A stretch of DNA of 64,000 nt from Paragordius varius (GCA_964247055.1 OZ176052.1:10602001-10666000); one strand, 5' to 3'. Positions 1 to 13,991 are shown, counted from the stretch's first letter. Made by a program: numbers and translations. Notes: generated from the letters alone by a model not told the origin.

Positions 1-1420
1 GAGGCAATTTTTCGAAAATTCAATGAGAGCATATGGAATCAATCATGATGGGTATTATCCGAATTAAGGTGAAAAATTTAATCTAGCGATTTTTTGTTTC
101 GCCCCTGTTTAGGGGGCTACCCTTTTAAAACTGCATCACCATATTGATACAGCATGACTTTGAAGCCAAATTTGAGAAAACCTATGAGACTATGTGAGTT
201 CAATAAGGGCCTAAAATATTTATTACCCTTTAAAAAACAAATTTAGAATAGGGGGTTATTTAATGAGTCGCTAAGTAAAGTTTTAGGCCCTGAAATATGC
301 GCTGCCATGGAACAATATTTTTGTTTTGAAACAATTCCAATAACTTATAGGAACATATGAAATCCATAATAATTTCAGATTTTCCCCATATAAAGGCAAG
401 AATTTACCTCAGCGCTTTTTTCATATAGGTCTATATGTAGGGGTCTACCGGTTTAAAACTAGGCGCCATACAAAAATGGCCTGATTTTGGAGCTAATTTT
501 CTAAAAACTAAAGAAGCCATAGGAGTTCAATAAAGGCTTTAAATAATACCCATAAAAAGGTAAAAATTGTAATCTAGCGGTTTTTTCCGTTAGCCGTTAA
601 TTTGGGTCATTCACCTCAGTAAACAATATATTAGTATGAATGCACAGTTTTGAAAATTCTATAGAACACCTTTTTGAATATCCTATGAGATTATAATTAA
701 ATAATGTTTCAAAATAATCCACATATATGGATCACAATTTTGTTGATGCTCTTTTTCAAATAGCGCCCCCCTCCAGCTCAAGAAGTCCCAAGATCTTCGG
801 ACTTCGTATCAGCCCGAGATTTACGCTAGTATATAATAAAAATATAGAATTGTGGCTTTAAGGCAATTTCCTGAGAAATGTTGAGGCCCATTCAATTCAA
901 ATATTTATTTTTTTATATTTTTTACAAATGCGCCTAACATAGTCGGCTTATATTTTTTGAATTAGCTTGTGTATTTAGCCTTTCCCTTGTAAATAAATTT
1001 TTGCAAAAACAATGTCCTCAAAAATTTGGCAATTCTTCTCCAAGTTATGAAACTATAAGAATAGGGGTTAAAGGTATTCCCTGTATAAATGATTAAATCC
1101 AACTTTTTCTATTAGCCGCTGGATAGGGCTACTCCATATAAAAATAACACGCCTTTGAATCGTAATAAAACCTATAAGACCATATGGACTTAATTGTTTT
1201 AGGTCCCATAACCAAAAATAAACAAGCGCTTTTTAAAAATAGTTCCACACACTATGCTTCGTCGAATGTGACTTTGCAGCTCTTTCAGAGAAAGACGACC
1301 AATAATTTTTAGTATTCGGTATTTCCCGTTGCGCAAACAATAATTCAAGATCTTTTAAGTTAATCCATGATGATTAGTACCCCCATAAAGATCACCCCTT
1401 TAAACAGTATCTATGGATAA
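1..1420. repeat. Degenerate tandem array with ~164-bp period
   Basis: Recurring motifs: (t/c)agcg.ttttt near 86, 412, 576, ~745 and 1226; cctatga/aagac near 181, 682 and 1171; gagttcaataa near 196 and 523. Spacings are multiples of ~164 bp. Highly diverged; boundaries approximate. Confidence 0.5.
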
Positions 1421-1989
1421 ATGTTATTAAGCTTATACGAGAAACAATCTTTTATCGCCTAATGATATTATCTACTAAGTCATTACGAAGCGTCCGGCCA
1501 CAATTAGTAATGTATTATATTCATTTCACATTATTTAATTTTATATTCTCCGTTGAATTTAATTGGCCTATTGTTTTTATTGGACGACTATTCTAATGTT
1601 AGTCCCTTGAAGTTAGGTACATCAAAGCCTAGTGATAAATATATAATTAAAAATTATATTTAAAAATCGAAATAATTTTATTTGATAAGTCCAAAGCTCT
1701 AAACAAAAATTATTGTAAGTAACCAAATAAGTTTTAATAAATGTCAAATGGTCATATTGATTCTTTATTTTCCTACATTGTATTCAATACTTTACCTTGG
1801 GGTAGTTTTATGACCAGAGAAATCAGAATTCGCATATAAGTATAATATATTAATCAAAATTAGCTTTATAAGTGCAATTTTTTAAAAAAAACATAAAAAA
1901 CTCTTTATCTTATAAATTTTCGGTCATTTTTCCTCAAATCTCTTATAAAAGCTAACACAGCCACAAAAAATATATATGAAATAAATATT

Positions 1990-2590
1990 TAATAGGAAAA
2001 TATATCAGGATTATATTTCTTACAGTTTTGGCCTTACGAGTTATTAAAACTTTTGTGGTACTCCATATGAGAAAATGGCAATTACGCACAGTTTGATAAA
2101 ATATATGTGGTGATGTATATGTTTTATTCCAAAAATATCATCTAAATATATCATAAATTACACATATCCAATATTTTTATAAAATATAGATGTGGGCTCC
2201 TATATTCATTTTTTTTTCAAGACCCGTCTATGGCCAAGTTCTCTTAAATTAAAGAAAGAGCCGAGATTACGCTAAAAAATTTAAATATATAAATTTTCAC
2301 ATCAATAAAAAGTTTTGAATAAATGGATATTTACTTATTAATCAATACTTTTTCAATATAAAATAATGATAAAAATTTCTATTACCTCAGAATTTTTAAA
2401 TATTTCGTTTGCTTTTAATTTGATAAACATAAATTTGTAAACGAACGAATTTTTCATTAAAAGTTTGCATCTTTACAAAAAAATTTTTCCATACTCTACC
2501 ACATATTCAAAATATAATAACTTTCTTAACTCACTCGTAAGCTCTAAAACTTAAAGCATCACTAGAATCTCTTGATTATTTTATCTATCC
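1990..2590. mobile_element. Foldback-type non-autonomous element (short copy)
   Basis: The left arm (ataggaaaatatatcaggattat...) and an inverted right arm (...ataactttcttaactcactcgtaag...ttatctatc) both match the arms of the neighbouring 2622-3790 element. Confidence 0.55.
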
Positions 2591-2621
2591 TCTTATATTA
2601 TATATATATATATATATATAT

Positions 2622-3790
2622 ACCCCGATTTCAGACGCAGTTTTATACAACAGCCAAATAAATGTAAATTACCCTGCGCCAAAATTGGGGGGTGAAAAAT
2701 ACCTGATGAAATATATATATATATATATATTCCGAAAGAAAAATGTATCAGGATTATCATGATGCTTTTGGTTATGGCTCTTACGAGTGAGATAAGAAAG
2801 TTATTTACACTTTTGTTAAAAATACTCCATATCAGAAATTGGCTTGGGCACATTTTTATATCTATTTTTTTGGTGAAATAAATGCTTTATTCGGAAAACT
2901 ATAGTATACCAATACCTCCCTAAAAATCAAAACAAAATTATTAAATTTTTATTTTTATAAAGCTCCGTAAGTTCCAATTTTTTTTCTGCTAAAATGTGCT
3001 AATTCTCTTAAAATAAACACGAAAATGCAGGGATTGCGCGATAAAATAAATATATACAAAATTTCAACATCATAATAAATATTAAAAAAAGCACACTTTT
3101 TCAAAAATAAAATTTTTAGAAAAATTTTGTTAAAGCGTATTTCATACCATTAACGGCATGATGGAAATTGTACTTTAGATATTTTACAAATAGTATTCGA
3201 TAATGCTCATTTATGTCATTTGCGTTCTAATTTTGGTACCCCAATTCATATTTAACATAAATTTTAAGCTAAACGATTATTATAAACAATATTCTGAGGT
3301 AATAGAAATGTTCAGTAATATATCATTTTATAGAAAAAGTCTTTATAATATCTTGGATCGTTTTTACACCGTTTCTATCATGCCAAAATTTTTCTAAAAG
3401 TTTAATTTCGAAAAAATAATATATTCTTTGATGTCAAAACTAAATATATGTTTAAAATTTTTATCGCTCCAACCCTTTTTTTGCGTTTAGATTAAGAGAA
3501 GTAGCCCATTTTATTACAGCAAAATGAGAATTTCGGAAATTACGTCAAAATATTTTTTTAAGAATATTGTTTTGCTTTTTATAGGGAGTTTTTTTATATA
3601 TTTTAGGGATATTTTTTAGAATGAAGCATTTATCTTTCACCAAAAAAAATTTTATTTAAAAAAATTGCGCTAACTTCGTTTTCTATATGAAGCACTTACC
3701 ACAAAAGTGTTAATAACTTTCTTATATCACTTGTAAGGGCCATAACCAAAAGCATTATGATAGTCCTGATACATTTTCCTATCAAAATAA
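2622..3790. mobile_element. Foldback element with ~450-bp imperfect inverted arms
   Basis: 2741-2832 (aaaatgtatcaggattatcatgatgcttttggttatggctcttacgagtg...) is the reverse complement of 3683-3783. Similarity continues inward (gcatgatggaaa vs tttctatcatgcc). No ORF; preceded by (TA)n tracts. Confidence 0.75.
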
Positions 3791-6700
3791 TAATTTTAAC
3801 AGGTTTATTATTTGGTAACTGTGTTATGGTTTAAAATGTACATAATTATTTTAAAGGGGTTTAAAGCATTTTAGCGGCATATTTCCGATTTGGTAAAATG
3901 AACTGTTTATTTCAATCAATGTTCTGAGTTATTTATACTATAAGACTTTAAAAATTTAAAAACTGTGAAAAATATAAGCTTTTTTAGTCAAATGTTCGAT
4001 AATTTATATTCTGATCAAAATAACTTTTAAAACAATCGTTTATTTAATAATGGTATAGAATACAAAAGTATAAATATCAGTTTAAAAGAAGGTAATGAAG
4101 TGTTAATAAAACCAAGTATTTGAAGTTTAAAACAAAAATTTTAAATGGAAGGGCGGAATCTTTTTTTGACAAAAAGTAGATCGTCCTAATATAAATTATG
4201 TTTTAATACTTAATAAAAATAAAGGTCATGATATTTTTGGTCAAATCCAAATATTCTAAATATAATTATTTACTATTGTTTTTTATCCAAATTTTGTTTT
4301 CCAAATCTTTTCGAATTCGATTAATAATATTTTTGTAAAATATTATGACACCGTCGTCAGTAGGTGACCATTCATTCATAATTTCAAATTAATCCCGATT
4401 TTTATTAAAATCCCCAGGTATTTTTATTTATGCATATCAAACAAATTTTGATTTTTATATAGTATAATAATTTTTAAGAATTAAATTTAAAATAACATTT
4501 TTTATTTTATATTGCTGGAATATACATTAAGATATATTTTAAATTTTTATGTTGTGGTAATAACTCGTGTTATTACTTAACATAAATGCTGAAAAGTACT
4601 TTTTATAACACGCATGACATAAAAATATTTGCACCTGCCCTATTCTTTCTGTAAATTCTTTTTTATGTCCATGAGACCACGCATTCTCTCATCACACTTA
4701 CACTTCGACACACCTATCATCGCCTTTATACATAGCATTAAAAATTTTATTTTATAATATTAATTTTTACCATTCTAGTTCAGAAATCATTGATGTTTGG
4801 AGTTTTTTCCAATTATTCTGATATGTTATAGGTTAGATTGTAAAATATAAAATTTTTATTTTAAAATCGTATTTTTATAATATTTTCCTCCTTACTGTTT
4901 TATTATTTTTTTATAATTAAACTACATCATTATAAAATAATAAAATTTTACATTAATAATTATTTTTTTCCAATGTCCACTTTTCAAAACCCCTAGAAAA
5001 ACCCTTTTGTATATCTTTTATCCCCTATTATCATTGTAACTAACTTGATAATTTTTCTATATCAAAATTATGAAATTAAAAGTGAAAATAAATATAAAAA
5101 TAAAATATTATAAACATATATAAAACTCTTTAAAAAATCTAACATTGATCATCAGATAAATACATTAATATTTTCTATATTAACAGTAAATTAATGTAGA
5201 ACACCCCTAAATTTATTCTGTATTAACGTTAATTAAAATAAAGACTTTTTGACAGGCTAAATTTAACGCATATGTTTTTTCCCCAAATTAATGTTTAAAG
5301 GTAGGTATACGTTACGAATATTTGTCAAATTTGTCAAGAAACTTGATTGAAAACCTACTATGTATCTTAAACACCATCAGATCTTTTTTATGTTCTGTAC
5401 CATATTTTGACCCAATATTTTTTTATTTTACTGTATTCTTTCTCCCTTTTTATATTTGACTTCCCACCATAAATTTTTAAGGTTATAAATAAAGGGGTTG
5501 ATTTTTGTACAGTTAGATCTGTAATTTTTTTGACATATTTTAAAAGGGACCTTTCCTTTCTCAATTAAGATTTTCTTTATATATATATTTGAATTTTTAT
5601 CTAATTTTAGAAATACAGGTAGTAAAAATAGCATTTTAAATTATTTTTTCCCCTATCTCATTTGAAAATGAAAAAAGAAACGTTAAGTTGTTGCTATAAA
5701 TTTTGGTGCGAAAAAAATCGATTTTTTAGACTCAATTATTTATTTATTTATTTATGTATAAATGTCTAATGATTTTCCTTTCCTGACTTTTTACACCTTT
5801 AATATAGTTTGTGTATTTGGATGTATGAGAAAATTTTTTTTATCAATATTATGCTGTATCGCTATTAATACATGTAGCTTTTGGTCTTTTTAACTTAAAA
5901 ATCTCTGTTTTTAAGTTTGGTTTTTTTAAATACTCATATTATACATTTGATAATAATAAAATTTATAGTTAAGTTATTGGAAAATAAAACTTTTTTTTAT
6001 TATTATTTTTTATTTTCTATCATATATTCCGCGCGCGCACTTACACACCACTTGTATAAACAGAGAGGCTCACCCTTTTGAATGTTTTCCAAAACAAAAA
6101 TTTGCATTGCCTTCTCCACCTCCTATCTTATCGTTTAAAAAACGGATTTTTATGGATTATCATTTCATTTGGATCGTTTGCCGTGTAATGATTGATTTTT
6201 TTTCATAATAATTTTGGCAGACTTAGTATACATCATAAATCCAATTTAGAAAACATTTTTAATATACTCACTCATATTTTATATGACAGACAAGGAAAAA
6301 CAATGTTTTTCCCAGCAAAAATATTAAAAAACTATCTGTACCTGGCATGGTTTAGATTTAGCAAGTAAGTAATTATTAGCTAATTAATAAAATATTTTTC
6401 AAATATAAACACTAAAAATCTGGTTATCAATCGTTCTTTCGATGTAGGCCCTACCCAAGGTAAGTTATAAAAAAAGCCTGATCAATATTTTTGCCTTTAT
6501 TCAAAAAATAGCATAAACCATTATTGCAACTCATATAATCTCCTAGGCGAAAAAAATTATTAAAATCCAAGTTATTTTTATTTGACGGTGTATTTTCACG
6601 TGAGACAGGCTTACAAATTTTTAAAAAAATGAGTACCTACCCAGGTGGAAATATTATAAGAGCGCTCAATTTAATTTGCCTTTATGCTGGAAATAGCTGA

Positions 6701-8383
6701 AATCTTTAATGAATTCATATGGTCTCATCTGTGAAAATTTTCTTCAAAACCACATTTTTATACAGTGGCGTATTTTACACAGGGTAATATAGGAATTTTA
6801 TATATGAGCAATTTAAGTCAAAAATTTTATCGTGACGAAGAGTGTGTATAAAATTAAACTAGTTTGCCATTTTTATTAAAGAAAACTTCACTTAGCATTT
6901 ATCAGATTACCAAATCTTTAGCGATTCGGTTATCGCTATTATAAGACATGCGTATTTTAAACAGTTTTTTCGACTAAGCTATAGTGACGCTTGGTAGGAT
7001 ACATTTATCATAAAGTTATTGATAAATTATCCAAATTACTATTACATCAATTTAAACGGTATTAACTTTTGATTTGTTTTGCAACAATAAATATAATCGA
7101 AATGATGATTGTATTCATAAGCAGCTCAACAAATTATTATTTTGGTTAAGGTCAAACTTTAATCGTACAACACCCATTATCTACTTTTTATAAGTTTACC
7201 AACTATTTAAGCCCAAAACGAATTTTTTTAACGGTTATTAAACCGCTTGATTATTTCCATTTTGATGGTTTTACCGCCAAGAGTTATATTTGTGATAGGT
7301 AAGATTATACAGTTAACCTGAACCAAAGCTTTTTTTACAGTTTTTTAGATCGGAATAAAAGTGGATAAATTGTTTTCAAAATTATTACTAATATTATATT
7401 ATAGTTTAATAGTAAAAATATGTGTTTTAAGTATAATATAATAAATTTATTTTTTTAAATAATTTACATTTGGCAAACAAATAACAGCAGTAGGCAACAG
7501 ATTTTTTTATTTAAAAAAATAATTTTTTTACATATATTATTATATATATATATATCTATCTATCTAGCATGAATATTAAAATTATACTTTTTGTTCAGTT
7601 TTAATATTCCCATCAAACTTTTTTTTACTTATTTATCGTAAACCGCTAACCACCATTATTTTGTGTGTTTTGTCTTGTTGGGTTACCAAAATGTACACTC
7701 TACCTTGCAAAACGAACGAAAAAGCTTATTTTACTGATTATCTTGTCTTTTTTCTATATGATTCACATGAAAATGGTTAATTCAGATATGTCAAAATTAC
7801 ATCATGGATAGGTATACAGTTAAGACTTTAAAACCATTCATTTTTTTAATTTTTATTTTAGAGAATGTGTTAATGACTTTTATTTAATATGTATTATTAA
7901 AAAGTATCTTTTTTTAAAATATTACAATTGTGAAAGCATTTTTAATGGATATTTATATCTTGATATCCCTCACAGTCAATGATCGTAATATCCAAAAAAT
8001 TAATTAAAAATATAGTATTTACAACAGTTTTGTCAATATTTTTCTTAAAGCAAAATTAAAATTTTAATTAACAATTTTTATTGTTTTGGAAAATCAGAGA
8101 TTAAATTAGTTACATATATTAGGGAAGTTAACTTTAATAGGTTTTGTATTGATGAAAGCAGTGGTTACCAAATTTTGGCTATCGCGCCCCCCATATTATT
8201 AAAATTATGTGAATTTTATATTTACATACAATAAAACTTTTTTAAGTTGATCTGACTCTTTTTAATCTTTTGTTTGTGAAATAAACCTTAATGTTTTTTC
8301 ATAAAATTTTGGACGTAGGGAGCCACAAAAAGGACGTTTATCTTTCTAATACGAAAAGTTTTTTATTTTTGTTTTTTCTCAAG

Positions 8384-8593
8384 CAGGGATGTCCAAAACG
8401 TGCGGTCCACAAATAATTTGGACCATAATTTGCAAAGATATAGGATTTAATAAAATCAATATTTAAACAAATTTGGCAAAAATGTTATATTGTGTTCAAA
8501 TTTTACAATTTTATGTTTTAAATTAAAACAATAGGGCCCTTCGTAATTATTGAGTAAAAATGCGGACTGCAAAGCCATTTATGTTGACCCTTG
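8384..8593. mobile_element. Degenerate hAT (Charlie/MER5-like) MITE
   Basis: Starts cagggatgtccaaaacgtgcggtcc and ends gcggactgc...gacccttg. TSD not preserved. Confidence 0.35.
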
Positions 8594-9419
8594 TTTTTAA
8601 AGTCAAAGATTAAAATTTTAGATTTTTATCCATGCAGTTGATTATTGGATTTTATTAAATATTTTGCTTGTATATTATGATTATTTTTGATCTAATGATA
8701 CATATTTAACATTGGGGTTCCTTTTAGAATAGTTTTCTACCCTAAAGTATTTTTATATTTGATATCTTAAAACATATGTATTCTATTTATGGGTAAAATT
8801 TATAATATATATTCTATCGCATTTTACGCATAGTATTTTATAAAATATTTTAGATGCGGAATTATATAAAGATGATTATAAACTTTGTTCCCGCTAAATG
8901 TTTTTTGATAATCTTTAAACGATGTCAGATAAAAATAATTATAACATAACAAAACAAAAACATTTATTTATAATTTGGCAGCAAAATCGTCATATTTAGT
9001 TTTTAATAATCAGGTGTATATTTTAATTTATGATTATCCTGGGCTGCCCACATTTAAATAAAAACTAAGTAACATCAGAATTTCAGTAAAGCTTAAGTTT
9101 AATGCTAATTTTAATATCATTTTTCCCTTTAAATACTATTTTTAGGCATTCATGTACCGCTTAAATTACATAAATACCACCATTAATTGTTCAATAAAGG
9201 CTAAATAATATTTTTTGACCATTTATTTATAAACCAGATTTCATGCTTTTGAAATAAAGCTATCGGTTTATTCAGGTAACTGACTGTTTTGGAAAACAGC
9301 AATAATTGGTGAAATAAATAATGTAATATTGCGTTGTTAAATTTAATTAGTAATAGTCATATGTTTTTATTTTTGAATGCGGCCCCCGATGCCATTTTGG
9401 TTGGTTGCATAGATGATAC

Positions 9420-10445
9420 AAAACTCCAAATATAAATTTTGACAAATATATATGTTCTTTTTACATCTAAAAATATTGGTCCAACGTAAGAATTTTTTTA
9501 TTAGGGTTTATCGAAAATTTTTGGCCCCGATTTAACATTGAACTCGAAATTTTCAAAATTAACAATTTTAGATATAGAGCCATGTATTTTATATCACTCT
9601 TGAAATAGTGCGAAAAACTGTATCTTTCGAATGGTAGTTTGTCATTTAATCAGATGTAAAAGTTATTTGGCTTTTCTGGTAAAAATTTTCAACCCTTAAA
9701 TAAGTCAATTTTCACAGATTAAAATGTTTAATAATCATATAAATTATTTTGTTATAATTTTGGGGTTTACATTATTTTGAAATTAAAAAAAAATCTTTGA
9801 TAAATTTTTTGGTTCGCTTTTTTGATAAAAAATATTATTATCAAAATTATTTTAGCTAGTGGATATTAAAATGCATGGTTATAACTGTAAATTTATTTAA
9901 TAATCGTTTTAAAAGATCAAGAATACCTTAACCTATATTTTTAGTCTTTATAATTTTGAAATTATAAGCCTCCCATGATGATGGTAATTTTTTAAAAAAC
10001 GAAAATTATAAAAATGCCTGTTTTTAATGTAAAGCAATAAATAAGTGTTTTGATCAAAAATTTCTTGTATCTTTTTTGGCCATTCATTGCCATTTAGACA
10101 AAGTTTGAGCTATTTTCATCCATTAGTTTTAAAAATATAATAATTAAAAAATTGCTGTCGCTTCGCGCGTTTGTCGCTTCCTATGGCCAATATTTACTAT
10201 CGATGTAAAACATATTAGTATACATTTTATAGAGTTTTAATTACTCTTTCGAATAATATATTACAAGTGGGCATTTGTTGTAAATTTTTTAAGAAAAACA
10301 TTTTTTAGTAAAATTTTGATAAAGACGGCGTATAATCATAAAAAATTCTTTAGTGAAACTATAATTTTTATTTCATATTAACTGAACTGTTAAAATCATA
10401 GTAAATATCAGAAAATGCTAAATACTCAAGTGGCAGAAAAAATAA
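9420..10445 (+). repeat. ~1-kb interspersed non-coding repeat, copy 1
   Basis: Colinear reverse-complement match to 42680-43670, e.g. ttagatatagagccatgtatttt, gaatggtagtttgt and cagatgtaaaagttatttggc. Boundaries approximate. Confidence 0.8.
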
Positions 10446-10887
10446 AAAATCACCCATTTATGAGTTTGGTCATGACCACGGTTTGAATTTGATTATTTTT
10501 TTAAATGCAGGCGGTCGCATAAGGGCGAGGGGGCGCTATCACGGATTCAAGCACCGGGCGCTAGAAATGCAAATTTCGCCTCTGACTCAATATATTCACA
10601 ATCAAAATCATATTTAATTGAGTAGGTAGCGACGAGCGTTTGTTTTGTTTACGATGTGGAAATATCCCCTAATATCTTTGGTGAAAATTTGAGATAACCT
10701 TTGTTTACGACGATTTCCACATCGTGACCATATTGCAGATATATTTTTACCGTCTGACTCAAACTTGTTAATTATTGAAAACTATTTATATTTTTGATTT
10801 TTCTAAAATATTTTCACAATCACTAGAATACAAGCCCAAGAAAATAGAAAATTACTCTTAACACTAAAATTGGGAGTTTATCTAGCC

Positions 10888-11160
10888 CAGTGGTGCCCAA
10901 AAAGGGGCACCGCCCCCAAGTACGCGAAAAATTTGGAGAAATTAATTAAAAAGTAAAATTGGAAACAAATTTAAGGATTTCAAATACGAATTATCAAGAT
11001 TTGTCACTGATATGGATAAAAATTTCAAAAATGCATGCAGATATAAGGATCTCATGATTGGGATTTTTATAATATATATTCTTGAATATTTTGAGAAGGG
11101 GGCGCAAGAATTTTTATTTTAAATTTGGTGGGGGCATGAACAAAAATTTGGGAACCACTA
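10888..11160. mobile_element. hAT (Charlie-like) MITE, 273 bp
   Basis: Termini cagtggtgcccaaa ... tttgggaaccacta, with perfect 8-bp TSD ATCTAGCC at 10880-10887 and 11161-11168. Confidence 0.85.
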
Positions 11161-13991
11161 ATCTAGCCCATAAACGCATAACATTTTTTAGAATATGAAT
11201 TTGAAGTGTTAATTAGGTTCGAGGGCTATTTTTTTTATTGTTCGGCAGTAAATAATTCTTTTTAACATGATTTTAAAATATTACTTAGAGATTTCTTTAT
11301 TGTATTTAGTTTGATCGGACGGCGTTTAATAAAATATGTACTTTTACTTAACCGTTAATTTTTAACATATTATCAACTAGATTGAATATTTGATTGATAA
11401 CTTGATTAAAATTAATTTTTGAGAGAATGCTGGGTTGGCTTTTAAAAATTCGTAAATGTCAATAGATGATTATCAAAATGGTTTTAATAGAAGATATATT
11501 AATCATAATATATATTAATGAAATAACCGATTGAACTATCAACAAAATTTTTATTAGTGAATATATATCGTATTTCATTACTCAAGTATAAGATAAAAGG
11601 GGATATAGGTTCCCCTATTTATTTTTATGGTATTTCCGTTTATTATTCACTACTTTTTATTCATAAATAATTATTTTTAATATTGATTGATTGATTAGTT
11701 GATCAAGCTTAATGGAAATAATTAATAAAATTATCGATTAAAGGTCCAATTTGAACATTATGTCTAATTATATATGGTTCAAAAATAATTATTTATTATT
11801 CAGACCCTTCCCTAAAAACACCGCGCTTGACAACATTCTGTTTCTACCGCGATTAAAGCGGTTTAATAATTAATTTAGCTGCAAAAAGTTTTTCGATCGG
11901 TTAATCATTATTAAATGTTATTATAACCACAAAGTAATATATAATAGTTTGATATATAAATAAATTACGTAGTATGTATGTGTCTCTGTATTTAATGAGA
12001 TATTTTTAATATAATTTATTAAAACCGAAAAAATCAATATTTTCCCTATTAATATATACATAACTCAACATATCTCTCATTCGAATACGTTTTAATGTAT
12101 ATTTAGGCAAGCAAAAAGGGGGATGGATGAGATCTCTATAAGCAAATATAGATGAAAGAATATATCAATTAAAAAATGAAAAAATTATAAAACTTAGAGA
12201 TTGTAGTTTCTAAAAAATGATATTATTATTAATTATACATTGGTTGGTTTGTATACATACATAAGAAGAAACATGAAAAGATTATCAATTTGCCTTGAGT
12301 TTGGTGTATATATATATAAATTGTATTGTAAATAAATAAATTTTTAAAAAATTAATGAAATTAAATTAAATATATGTATATATAAATTTAGTCATTTTCT
12401 CTGTTAAAATAAACTTACTTAAAAAATTTAAATCAATATATCCGTAATCTAAATTTTCAACCAATATTTAAATTTTATAGATGAATATAGCTTAGTTCCA
12501 TTTTTAACATGATATAAAAATAAATTAACTTAAAATTAGGCATGAAATTGAGAGCAGTGAGTGAGTACAAGCTCATTTTATCTATTAAATTGAATTTTAG
12601 GCATGATTCTATTTTCTAAATTAAATTTTTATTATTGTTTTATATGTTGCTTTGGCTGAAATTTCTCATTTTCAAAAACCAAAACCGAGCGAACAAAACA
12701 AACTACATAAATAAAAATCTCTCTTAATATATTTTTTAGCACGAGAAAAAGAAATAAAAAGAATGAATATAGTATGCAAAGGAAGATTCACCATAGTTTT
12801 TTTCATATATACTTAATAAATTGTTTGTTTTGATATACACATATATTCTTTGCTTAAGGAAGCGTGGTTGGTTATTTATGTGTTTATATTTTATGATAAT
12901 ATAAAACAAAATATTTCAAATTTAATTATCTATATATTATTACAATCTCCATCATATACTATATTTTCAGTCAATACCTACATATATAAAATGATTTAAA
13001 CATTTTTTTGCAAAATAAATACTTAAAAATCAGTTTTTAAATTCTTGCAGAAGATATTGCCCACGAAGGTATTCTTTTATAATATTTTAACAAAATGATT
13101 GATTATTATTGTATTGTTCCTTTATTCATTCTGTATGCCTTAAAATTTGGCAAAGTAACTTTTGTCTGAATAAATATTTTGAAAATCACAAAAAATATTT
13201 TATAGGATAAAAGTTTTTTTCAAATTTTTGTCAAATTATATTGAATTAAATTTACAAAGATTTTTGTTATCTAATTTTTTATGCAATGTCAATCATGTAT
13301 CAGTTATTATATATTTTTTGGCACACCAACCTGTCAATCACTTGTATGTTGGCTTAATTTTGGCTTTTATACTTTCTAAACTTGTTGCAACATTAATATG
13401 GTAATTTTTTTTTTAATTATAAAATTTAAATTTTTGTTTGAAGGTGATTTTTATTTACATAACGAAATAAAAAATTAAATTGGAAACAACTATCTGTTTC
13501 AATTCAAACTTTTCTAAAAAATATTAACCCTCGAAACGATGCAAAGAAAAAAATATTTTGTTAATTAGATTCCGAACGAAAAATATATGAATTTACGATT
13601 ATTTTGTAACTTTTATAATTCATTTATCGATTTTTCGGATCGAATTTTTAGTTAGTTTTTCTTTAATCCAAAAATTATTAATGTTGCTGCGAAAAATAGA
13701 CTAATTGTTATTAGTTTTATTTTATTATTATTTACATTCTTAATTAATTTTTCTTATCGTATTATCCTATTTTTTCATTCGATTGCGGCTAATTATATTA
13801 AATATATTTAATTTTATATCCGTAGATTTAGTCATAGAACTTGTGTCTAAAAAGTCCTACAATCTATTGTTTCATCCTCGTGTCGTTTGTCATAAAAACA
13901 ACCTCTATGGACACGCTTTTGTTATAAAACGTCTGATATTTCTCAATCGCGGCGATTTGTTTAAAATCACTAATTTAGACATTGCACCCCT

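Noticed and set aside
781-830. Helitron-like 3' end (gaagtcc/ggacttc hairpin then CTAG-T); similar motif at ~1486-1508
   Set aside because: The gcccgagatttacgctag part also matches a foldback-arm motif (gccgagattacgcta at ~2262), and no 5' TC end or Rep/Hel sequence was found. Not supportable.
2695-2760. Hammerhead-like CTGATGA...(TA)n...CGAAA in the foldback terminus
   Set aside because: The stem II closing pair is A-C and no stem III/UH junction can be formed. In other copies the GAAA context differs; it is better explained as internal inverted repeats (cctgat/atcagg).
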